The notes under the pieces are model-generated. The model saw only the letters and a list, made by a program, of their open reading frames with translations. It made no database searches and was not told where the DNA came from. A DNA stretch of 64,000 nucleotides from Rhodospirillales bacterium (GTDB lineage Bacteria > Pseudomonadota > Alphaproteobacteria > Rhodospirillales > Casp-alpha2), in assembly GCA_965229715.1 (NCBI GenBank), contig CBDDJL010000001.1:138725-202724 (forward strand), read 5' to 3'. Within the stretch, counting starts at the first letter, position 1; every line of letters begins with the position of its first letter. Both the position numbers and the translations under genes were made by a program. This document shows positions 8,469 to 16,152 of the stretch, piece by piece.

Positions 8469-9794
8469 CTAGACCCGCACAAGCTGCTGCTGAATCGTCT
8501 GCAGGATGTTGGCTATCATCCAGTAATAAACCATCGCGGCGGGGAACGGATAGAATAAGATCAAAAACCCTAGAGCCATCAGATATAGGTTTCGCTTCTG
8601 GCGACGAACTTCGATCTCAGGCGCATGAACATCCCGATAGGTGACGGTCGACGCTACGGTAACGAGAAACATGACCAGCGGCAAAAGGTTCAATGTCTCT
8701 CCTAAACCGGGGATACCGAAAGGCAACGCCGCAATGGCATCCGGGCGGGAAAAAGCCTCAATCCAAAGAAATCCGTCTTCGGCTAACCTTGGCATTTCGC
8801 CCAATGCCGCAAACACGGCAACGAGCACGGGAACCTGAACAAGGGACCCGAGCATCGGTCGCAACGTGTGGAACGGCGATATACCGAGCTCTTTGTGCGT
8901 GGCCATGACGCATTCATGGGCCTTCTGCCCGTCCAATGTTGCTTTGATTTCCTCTATTCTCGGCGCCAGGCGCGCCAGGTTCATACTGACCCGCCGTTGG
9001 GCGCGGGCGGTGAACAGACAGGCGGGCAACAACAAGAGCTTGAGCAATATGGCGAAGGTGAGGATCGACCAACCCCAACCAAGACCCAGCGCCGACTCGA
9101 TCCGCTCAAGAGACCACTCGACCATTTTCGCGAGTGCCGCCATCCAACTCCAGAGATTTGCGTACCGAAGGTCGGCAAGGTCGGCGTCCAATAGGGCCGC
9201 TTCTCGTTTACCCACCAGCCGCACGTCTATGCCGGGAGCATCGGAATGTCCCGCTTGGAGCACGATGCGCCCGTCCTCGAAGCGCGCGGTATCACCGGCT
9301 TGGAGTGCGAGGACAACGTAACGACCGACAATGACGAACCATGTTCGCTGGCCCAGTTCGACGGGATCGCCGGCTTCCCACTGGTGGATGTTCCCGTCTT
9401 GCGCAATTACCGCTGTGGGTTGGTTGTAGAAGGATGCCAACCCTTTGAACTCGGTGGAGCCGAGTTTCGGCAGTTTCCCAGGGTCGACAACCAGCTCCAC
9501 GTCGCGTAATGGATTTCGAGGCCCGGCAAACACGGCCTTTTGTCGGCATAATTCTCCGACGTCCGGCGCCTTGAGTGGCGCCAGCACGGCGTTCGCGACT
9601 TCGCCAATGTCAGAGACGCAAACTTCCGGGCTTACCTCAGCGGTAGCACCCCTGCCAATGGAGACAATCAACAGCGTTGCGACCAGGGTTACGACACCAA
9701 AGTCGATACGCCCAATCACCGCTTCATGACCCGAACTTGGCGGAATGGAACCCAAACGAGTCCGCATTCTGCTCCTCACTCGCATCGACCACAA
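8469..9794 (-). CDS. YidC/Oxa1-family membrane insertase paralogue (accessory copy)
   Basis: YidC core motifs are present: GWGWSILTFAILLKLLLLPACLFTARAQRRV, THKELGISPF, GSLVQVPVLVAVFAAL, LNLLPLVMFL, AAMVYYWMIANILQTIQQQ. An alternative GTG start at 9719 would avoid the 71-nt overlap with the upstream gene. Confidence 0.75.
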   Translation of the reverse strand: MWSMRVRSRMRTRLGSIPPSSGHEAVIGRIDFGVVTLVATLLIVSIGRGATAEVSPEVCVSDIGEVANAVLAPLKAPDVGELCRQKAVFAGPRNPLRDVELVVDPGKLPKLGSTEFKGLASFYNQPTAVIAQDGNIHQWEAGDPVELGQRTWFVIVGRYVVLALQAGDTARFEDGRIVLQAGHSDAPGIDVRLVGKREAALLDADLADLRYANLWSWMAALAKMVEWSLERIESALGLGWGWSILTFAILLKLLLLPACLFTARAQRRVSMNLARLAPRIEEIKATLDGQKAHECVMATHKELGISPFHTLRPMLGSLVQVPVLVAVFAALGEMPRLAEDGFLWIEAFSRPDAIAALPFGIPGLGETLNLLPLVMFLVTVASTVTYRDVHAPEIEVRRQKRNLYLMALGFLILFYPFPAAMVYYWMIANILQTIQQQLVRV

Positions 9795-11922
9795 TTCGGA
9801 TCATGTGTGATTGGGAAACGATGCTCCGGGGGACGTCGATCTCAATCACACCTTCGCGAACTGGCACGGTCATCGCCCACGCGGGCTCGTCGCTCTCCAC
9901 GACGTGAGCGTTGGCGCTAACATAGACGCGGGCCTCCACTTCGAACCTCGGATCGCTGTCCGAGGTAATCGCGACCTGTAGTCGCCCGTCGCAACCCACG
10001 CTGGCTAGTTGGACATGAAAGCCGCTTTCCGTAAACCACGAAGCCCACCGGTTGTAGTCGGAAAACCCATTGTTGAAACCGCTCGGATTGTCTGCCTCGT
10101 AAGACGCCCGACACTCTTCCACCACCGACAGCGCCTCCGCGGTGAGCGCTGCGTGAAGATTGTTCAAGAAATCGGGGCGTCGAAGCAGCACCAAGGGTTC
10201 GTGGGATCCGAACGAAAAATTTGATTTCTCGCTCTCGACCACGAAGTAGAAGGCTTCTGACTCGGGCGGTACTTCCAGATCGGGCGCCAAGAGATCGAAC
10301 CCCGGGTAAACCGAACAGTCGCCACCAACGCCGGAGTGCAAACAGAGGGTTCTTGCCAGATCGTCCGTCATCACAGGTTGGTCGTTGAAACCGATCGCTT
10401 CCTGAGTCTGCCGCGCACCCTTGACCATCAACAACGGCGTGTAACGACCGTAACCCCAGTCTTTGTGCCCCCGGATACGGAAGGATACAAGCCTGGCGGG
10501 ATCGTAATACCTTGCGGGACGACCGTGGTCACTTTTTAATATGATAATGGACTGGTCGTAGATCCCGAGTGACTTCAGTTTCTCTACGAACAGACTCATT
10601 TGGGTTAGCATGCAGAAAGATTCTTTCTGCATGCCAACGTCATTCTGGTGATTGCTAAACCAGTCCGTTCCGACATCGTACAGATTGCAGTCTTCGTCGA
10701 TGTTGATCGGATAGTGCGTTTGGTAGAAATGCAGGAAGTGCGCCACCTTCCGATCGCTGCCGACCTCTAGACCACTGACATACTGGTTGTAATCCGACAC
10801 CGAGGAATATTTCAACTGCGCGTTCCAAAGGCGGTTCTCGAAGTTCCAACCTGCGAGCGCAAACATCTCGTTCGGCAGCTCGAACTGATCGAGGACCAAA
10901 CGAACCAAAGTATCGAAATCGATAATCATCCCGACCTTGCGTAGTGCTCGGACAGTGTAATTGGTACCGATTCTCAAGGTGACGTATCGGTATGTATTGA
11001 TGACGGCAAAAGTCTTTTGGTGAAGTCCTTCCGCGCTCAGATCGCCGATCGCGAACCGACGTTCGGGGTGACGAAATCCCCTCCCGTAGTCGAAGTAGGT
11101 GGAAACGCGATAACCGTTATCGTTCAGATAGTTCGTCATCAAGCGGTCGGGTGCGATGTCTCGCATCTCGAAATCGGTCTCGGCCTTGAGCTTGAAGTTC
11201 TGGTTACCGTAGAGTTCGCCGGAGAGCGACGCGACGGTGGCCGGTGAACTGGTCGAAACGTCGTCGAACACGACGAAGTCCTTTAGGGATGGGAACTGGC
11301 CCCCATGCTTGCGAAGCGTGTTCACGTATACGTCGCGTGACAACCCGTCGAAGCTTATCGTGAAGATGTTCATTTCGTCGGAGACGCGTAACAATTCCGA
11401 AACCGCGTCATCATTCGAGATGGTCTTGGGCTTCCACGCTGCGTAGAGTTCGTGGAATGCAAGCGCCGAAACCGCGGCATTGACCAACAGGACAGTCGCG
11501 ATCCCTGCAAGTATAATACGCCGGACTCGGCTCTGCAGTAGTAACGTCCCAATGCCGGCCACCGCCAAAGCCGTCGCCAGTCCGGTCCGGTCAACCGGAT
11601 CGGATATAGGATCGATTAACATGCCACCGCCCTGCGTCACCGGCGAAAACAAACCCGCGATGAGAATGAACACGAAACCGGCATCGATCAGGATCGACCA
11701 AGCGGTCAGCATGCCGACGCGGCGCGCAACGTGATCGGCGAGCAGTAGAATCAAGAATACGGCGCTGACTGCGACGACCATGCACACGAACGCCACACCG
11801 ACGTCGAGATGCTGATAGTCGGACGGGTTCCGACTGACCAGAAAACCCGGGACGACGAAAAATAGCAGAAATGGGATGCTGGCCAGCTGAAGGTGACGCT
11901 CAATAGAATTACTGTTTCTCAT
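9724..11922 (-). CDS. Polytopic membrane protein with alkaline-phosphatase-superfamily (sulfatase/LtaS/EptA/OpgB-type) periplasmic domain; phospho-substituent transferase candidate
   Basis: The N-terminal ~170 aa form several hydrophobic helices. The soluble domain has NIFTISFDGLSRD and the family-typical IIILKSDHGRP motif. First gene of the minus-strand operon. Confidence 0.7.
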   Translation of the reverse strand: MRNSNSIERHLQLASIPFLLFFVVPGFLVSRNPSDYQHLDVGVAFVCMVVAVSAVFLILLLADHVARRVGMLTAWSILIDAGFVFILIAGLFSPVTQGGGMLIDPISDPVDRTGLATALAVAGIGTLLLQSRVRRIILAGIATVLLVNAAVSALAFHELYAAWKPKTISNDDAVSELLRVSDEMNIFTISFDGLSRDVYVNTLRKHGGQFPSLKDFVVFDDVSTSSPATVASLSGELYGNQNFKLKAETDFEMRDIAPDRLMTNYLNDNGYRVSTYFDYGRGFRHPERRFAIGDLSAEGLHQKTFAVINTYRYVTLRIGTNYTVRALRKVGMIIDFDTLVRLVLDQFELPNEMFALAGWNFENRLWNAQLKYSSVSDYNQYVSGLEVGSDRKVAHFLHFYQTHYPINIDEDCNLYDVGTDWFSNHQNDVGMQKESFCMLTQMSLFVEKLKSLGIYDQSIIILKSDHGRPARYYDPARLVSFRIRGHKDWGYGRYTPLLMVKGARQTQEAIGFNDQPVMTDDLARTLCLHSGVGGDCSVYPGFDLLAPDLEVPPESEAFYFVVESEKSNFSFGSHEPLVLLRRPDFLNNLHAALTAEALSVVEECRASYEADNPSGFNNGFSDYNRWASWFTESGFHVQLASVGCDGRLQVAITSDSDPRFEVEARVYVSANAHVVESDEPAWAMTVPVREGVIEIDVPRSIVSQSHMIRIVVDASEEQNADSFGFHSAKFGS

Positions 11923-12370
11923 GTCTTGGCACGAAACATACTCAAATTCGAAATTTTTCGCTTTCAGCTACCGTGACAAGAGTAATCTTCGGGAGTCAAA
12001 ACGCACATAAATGGCACCAGCATGTCACTAACATTATGTCTCTTGAAATTGCAATGTATTCAAGAACAGACAATCCCTAGAGGAGCCGCAATTTCAGCTA
12101 AGGGTTATACCCGGACTTAACCAGCCTCGGTAAATTCCGTCTGCTTCTGGAGCATCAGCGGATTGCCTTCGTGCATTGCCCGTTTATGAATCCATGACCT
12201 AGTTGACCCTCGCTGGGTTTTCGACCGGTCAGATTGTCTTGATGATGCTGGCTGCCATCAGGAGACATACTCTCTTTTAGCACATTTTGCATGTTACACA
12301 TAATGAACAACAACATATTGTGTTAAAAAACGGGGGATCGAACGTTAAGCTCTATGATAACTCTACACAG

Positions 12371-12405
12371 AACGTCACACGTCTTGTCACACAAAACGTC
12401 ACACG
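12371..12405. repeat. Three GTCACAC repeats with exact 12-bp phasing (AACGTCACACG x2 flanking a central GTCACAC)
   Basis: GTCACAC occurs at 12374-12380, 12386-12392 and 12398-12404. The repeats lie in the AT-rich 0.8-kb spacer between the glycan operon start and the integrase 3' end. Confidence 0.7.
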
Positions 12406-12500
12406 AACATTTTGCAATTCTTTTAAATTCATATAGTTAGTGTGTATCAGGAAGACTGGCTGTGCACGCAGTCTCGAGCTAACGCGTCTCTAGCGGCCAC

Positions 12501-12652
12501 TTTCCCTGTTAAGCAGGGAAAGAACAGGGAAAAACCGAGAATTGGCCGAATTGTGTCACAAATGGGTCACCTACAATCCGCATCAATTGTGGAGTTCACG
12601 TTGTATTTCCCTATTAACCAGAACAGGGAAATTTCGAGGCGTTACAGGGAAA
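12501..12652. promoter_or_regulatory. Cluster of CAGGGAAA / TTTCCCTG motifs (candidate protein-binding sites), including a perfect 8-bp-arm palindrome
   Basis: Perfect palindrome TTTCCCTG-TTAAG-CAGGGAAA at 12501-12521. Further CAGGGAAA copies at 12525-12532, 12624-12631 and 12645-12652. One inverted partial copy, TTTCCCT, at 12606-12612. Confidence 0.55.
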
Positions 12653-12731
12653 CAAAGCAATACATCTGGGAACACAGATCAAATTGCAGCTCGTGAAAAT
12701 GGGCAGGACGCTAACGCCCTGCCCTCGCTCG

Positions 12732-13355
12732 CTAGATGTCGACCCGCTCCGCAATCTCGATCGCATCGTCAACTTCAATGCCGAGATACTTCACTGTGCT
12801 CTCGATCTTAGTGTGGCCAAGGAGAAGTTGAACCGCTCTAAGATTCCCGGTCTTTCTGTAAATCAATGATGCCTTCGTGCGCCGAAGTGAATGGGTCCCA
12901 TAGTGGAGCGGATCCAATCCGATGCTGCGGAGCCAAGTCGATACGCGACGGGCGTACTGTCGTGTCGAGATCGGGTGGTCCGGCTGGCCACGCCCCGGAA
13001 ACAGGTAGGCGCTGCGGCATTGCACCCGCCCGGATAGATAGTCGTCAACTGCGGCGCGTGTCTGATCCGTGATTTCGAACGTAACCGGTCGTCCCGTCTT
13101 GCGTTGTCGAACTGTCGCCCGATCTGCTGCTCGACCGTGCGGCGAAATGTCTTCGACCGTCAGTCGGACGAGGTCGCAGCCGCGTAGCTTGCTGTCGATC
13201 GCCAAGTTGAACATCGCCAGGTCGCGGGTCCGACCATCCATCTGCAATCTTGTCCGAATGGCCCAGACATGCTTGGGCTTCAAAGGTGGCTTCTGCCCAA
13301 TGATCTTACCCTTGTTCCAGGGCACATGAGGCAGCTTGGCGTTGGTGAAGAACAT
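12732..13355 (-). CDS. Short tyrosine recombinase / phage-integrase-family protein (catalytic domain only, 207 aa)
   Basis: C-terminal catalytic signature HSLRRTKASLIYRKTGNLRAVQLLLGHTKIESTVKYLG (H-x-x-R ... H ... Y), with an upstream Arg in SKLRGCDLVRL. Confidence 0.85.
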   Translation of the reverse strand: MFFTNAKLPHVPWNKGKIIGQKPPLKPKHVWAIRTRLQMDGRTRDLAMFNLAIDSKLRGCDLVRLTVEDISPHGRAADRATVRQRKTGRPVTFEITDQTRAAVDDYLSGRVQCRSAYLFPGRGQPDHPISTRQYARRVSTWLRSIGLDPLHYGTHSLRRTKASLIYRKTGNLRAVQLLLGHTKIESTVKYLGIEVDDAIEIAERVDI

Positions 13356-13461
13356 GGTCTTTCTCCTCTCTGGTTGGAAAGACCATGAAGCCTAGGCGAT
13401 TACCCAATCGGCCCGTCAGGTTAGGGCTGGAAAACCGAAACATCTGGAAACCTAAGGTTTG

Positions 13462-15166
13462 GTCTGCAAATGACCCTGGCTGTGTAAAAACGATTTGCTT
13501 TCGTGATGTCTGCTAGAATCTCGCTGACGAACTCAGTGAGGTTTTGATGAAGCGGTTTGTTGAAGGTGTGTCGCGTGATCAGGCGAGCTTTCTGCCGGAA
13601 TGCCTGGACGACTTCGTCGGCGAGGACAATCCGGTCCGGGTTGTCGATATCTTTGTCGATGAGCTTGATCTTCGGAGTCTGGGGTTCGAGCGGGTCGATC
13701 CGCGCTCGACGGGGCGGCCTGGCTATCATCCGTCGGGACTGTTGAAGCTCTACATCTACGGTTACCTGAACCGGGTGCAGTCGAGCCGCCGGCTGGAGCG
13801 CGAGGCGGGCCGCAACGTGGAGGTCATGTGGCTGACGGGCCGGCTGGCTCCCGATCACAAGACGATCGCCGACTTCCGCCGGGACAACGGTCCGGCGATC
13901 CGCAAGGTCTGCGCCCGGTTCGTGGAACTGTGCCGCACGGTCGGGCTGCTGGCCTCGGCGAGCGTCGCCATCGACGGCTCGAAGTTCAAGGCGGTCAACA
14001 ACCGCGACCGCAACTACACGCGGGCCAAGATGCAGCGGCGCATGGCGCAGATAGAAGAAAGCGTAGCCAGGTATCTGCACCAGTTGGACAGCGCCGACCG
14101 CCAGGAACCGTCGGAGGCGATGGAGGGTAAGGTTGCCCGCCTGACGGAAAAGATCGCCAGGCTGAAGAGCGAGATGCAGCGCCTGCGGGGCCTTGAGGAA
14201 CGCATGTTTGCCGCGCCGGACAAGCAGATCTCGCTGACCGATCCGGATGCGCGCTCCATGGCGACCAGTGGCCGGGGCTCAGGTGTGGTCGGCTACAACG
14301 TCCAAGCCTCGGTCGATACCGAGCATCACCTGATCGTCGATCATGATGTGACGACTGCGGGCTCCGACCGGGCACAACTGGCGCGTATGGCGGCGCGGAC
14401 GAAAGCCGCCCTTGGGGCCGACACATTAGATGTGGTTGCCGACCGGGGTTACTTCTCCAGCGAGGAGATATTGGCCTGCCACGAGGCGGGTATCACCGTG
14501 ACTCTGCCCAAGCCGATGACATCGGGCAGCCGTTCCAAGGGACGCTTCGTGAAACAGGACTTCCGCTACGTCTCTGATGACGATGTCTATGTCTGTCCCG
14601 CCGGCGAGCGCCTCACCTATCGCTACACCAACGAGGAGAAGGGGCTCACGCTGAGGCGTTACTGGTCGAACGCCTGCTTGAGTTGCGCCATCAAGCAGCG
14701 TTGCACCACGGGCCGCGAGCGCCGCATCACGCGCTGGCAGCACGAACACCTGGTCGATGCCGTTCAGCACCGGCTCGACCGAGACCCGGACGCGATGCGA
14801 AGACGGCGCGAGACCGTCGAGCATCCCTTCGGCACCATCAAGGCCCGCATGGGCGCAACCCACTTCCTGATGAAACGGCTCAAGAACGTGCGCACCGAAA
14901 TGGCGCTCCACGTGCTCGCCTACAATCTGACCCGGGTCATCAACATCCTCGGCACCGGCCCACTGATCCGGGCCATGAGGGCCTGATAGGCCCCACTGCG
15001 CCTGCCCAAGGCCGAAAAACCACCGCTCAGACCGTTAACGGACCAAATATTCAGCCCGCTCGCGCCGATATCGCATTATCCCAATCAATCAGCCGTCGAT
15101 CACGGTCCGCCAGACAACTCACCGCCCAGCCAAAACGTTTTCACACGACCAAGACCCAAAGCGGAA
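13462..15166 (+). mobile_element. IS1182-family insertion sequence, copy 1 (1,705 bp if the right end is placed by IR alignment)
   Basis: The left boundary is defined by where copies 1 and 2 start to be identical (GTCTGCAAATGACCCTGG...). Identity with the other copies runs to ...GACCAAGACCC (15157). The last 9 nt differ between copies. Confidence 0.85.
13544..14986 (+). CDS. IS1182-family DDE transposase (480 aa)
   Basis: N-terminus DNPVRVVDIFVDELDL...GRPGYHPSGLLKLYIYGYLNRVQSSRRLEREAGRNVEVMWLTGRLAPDHKTIADFRR, then a central coiled-coil-like stretch, then VVADRGYFSSEEI. The translation is identical in copy 2. Confidence 0.9.
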   Translation: MMKRFVEGVSRDQASFLPECLDDFVGEDNPVRVVDIFVDELDLRSLGFERVDPRSTGRPGYHPSGLLKLYIYGYLNRVQSSRRLEREAGRNVEVMWLTGRLAPDHKTIADFRRDNGPAIRKVCARFVELCRTVGLLASASVAIDGSKFKAVNNRDRNYTRAKMQRRMAQIEESVARYLHQLDSADRQEPSEAMEGKVARLTEKIARLKSEMQRLRGLEERMFAAPDKQISLTDPDARSMATSGRGSGVVGYNVQASVDTEHHLIVDHDVTTAGSDRAQLARMAARTKAALGADTLDVVADRGYFSSEEILACHEAGITVTLPKPMTSGSRSKGRFVKQDFRYVSDDDVYVCPAGERLTYRYTNEEKGLTLRRYWSNACLSCAIKQRCTTGRERRITRWQHEHLVDAVQHRLDRDPDAMRRRRETVEHPFGTIKARMGATHFLMKRLKNVRTEMALHVLAYNLTRVINILGTGPLIRAMRA

Positions 15167-15212
15167 GCTCATATTACCGTTCACTTTGAAGGAACGTGGA
15201 GCCTCGATGGAA

Positions 15213-15986
15213 CTATCCGCGCGTCCCGGCAATCGTGATACCGCCGTCGACGACGATTGTCTGCCCCGTGATGAACGCACCCGCACGCGAAGCAAGGAAG
15301 ACGGCGACGCCGGCAACATCGTCCGGTTCGCCAATTCTTCCGATGGGATACTGAGCCTCCGCAGCCTGGAGTTTCTCAGGATCGCTCCACAGCGCTTTTG
15401 CGAAGTCCGTCCTGACAAGACCTGGTGCGATGCAGTTGACGCGAATGTTGTGCTTCCCCCATCCAACGGCAAGGCTGCGCGCCATCGATTCCTCAGCAGC
15501 CTTAGACATGCCGTAGACGCCGATATCGTCCGTACCCTTTATCCCGGCGATACTGGTAACGAAGATTACGGCACCGTCCCGCTTCTTTGCCATGTCCGGC
15601 AGAACCGCCTTCGCCAGCCAAAGATTCGCCTTGAGATTGGTGGTGATGATTTTGTCGAACGCGGCTTCATCGACGTCGGTCGTCGGTCCATGATGCGGAT
15701 TTGCTGCGGCGTTGCCGACAAAAATATCGACCCCGCCAAAAGCCGATTTCGCCTCGTTCATCAGATCGCCGAGACTGGCAATGTCAGATACGTTGCACGG
15801 CGCCGCGATTGCGCGACCGCCACAGGCTTCGATCTCCGCGACGACGTCCTGGCAGGCGTCTCTCTTTCGACTGGTGACAATGACATTGGCGCCGGATTCG
15901 GCCATTCGATTGGCAATGGAGCGCCCAATTCCGCGTGACCCGCCCGTAACCAGCGCAGTCTTACCATCAAGCCGAAATAGATCCAT
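15213..15986 (-). CDS. Short-chain dehydrogenase/reductase (FabG-like)
   Basis: TALVTGGSRGIGRSIA, NAAANP and YGMSKAA (Y-x3-K). Confidence 0.85.
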   Translation of the reverse strand: MDLFRLDGKTALVTGGSRGIGRSIANRMAESGANVIVTSRKRDACQDVVAEIEACGGRAIAAPCNVSDIASLGDLMNEAKSAFGGVDIFVGNAAANPHHGPTTDVDEAAFDKIITTNLKANLWLAKAVLPDMAKKRDGAVIFVTSIAGIKGTDDIGVYGMSKAAEESMARSLAVGWGKHNIRVNCIAPGLVRTDFAKALWSDPEKLQAAEAQYPIGRIGEPDDVAGVAVFLASRAGAFITGQTIVVDGGITIAGTRG

Positions 15987-16042
15987 CGTGCGCTCGCTTC
16001 TCGTCTAGGGGCGGTTGTTACCCCAGAAGGTAGCAATATGGG

Positions 16043-16063
16043 AATATTCCTCAAGAGAAAATA
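16043..16063. promoter_or_regulatory. Island operator-like palindrome, site E (AATATTCC-TCAAG-AGAAAATA; weakest copy)
   Basis: Lies in the divergent region between the SDR gene (-) and the flavoenzyme gene (+). Matches the AATTTTCT-N5-AGAAAATT pattern seen at four other divergent promoters. Confidence 0.45.
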
Positions 16064-16152
16064 TGTTTGTGTGAAAAGAGAATTCTGACATATTCATTTT
16101 CTGTGGGCGGAGGGCGAAAGATCGATTGGCGCCTCAATCGCATGGAGATCGA

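Noticed and set aside
12371-12652. The repeat clusters considered as a possible CRISPR array.
   Set aside because: The repeat units are only 7-11 nt with irregular or 12-bp spacing and mixed orientation, there are no 25-40-nt spacers, and no cas genes are present in the window.
12442-12696. An 84-codon ORF across the spacer next to the integrase.
   Set aside because: It is composed largely of the CAGGGAAA/TTTCCCTG repeat units and AT-rich spacer, and it has no RBS or family resemblance. I interpret it as non-coding repeat DNA.
11923-12731. A tRNA/tmRNA gene or fragment serving as the attachment site next to the tyrosine recombinase.
   Set aside because: I could not find a cloverleaf-compatible sequence or a conserved T-loop (GTTCGAATC-like) box in the spacer.
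13449-13461. Target-site duplication flanking the IS1182-bounded 38.9-kb unit, or flanking individual IS copies.
   Set aside because: The sequence before 13462 (...CTAAGGTTTG) does not match the sequence after 52408 (GAGCCAACAG...). I found no direct repeats around copies 1 or 2 either. Transposition as a composite unit is therefore unproven and is reported only as a structural possibility.
14683-15189. Additional ORFs inside the IS1182 copies: 13421-14080(-), 14426-14911(-), 13995-14426(-) and 14683-15189(+), with their equivalents in copies 2 and 3.
   Set aside because: All overlap the 480-aa transposase gene or its 3' region in other frames. They have low-complexity Arg/Pro/Gly-rich translations. 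They are repeated only because the IS is repeated.
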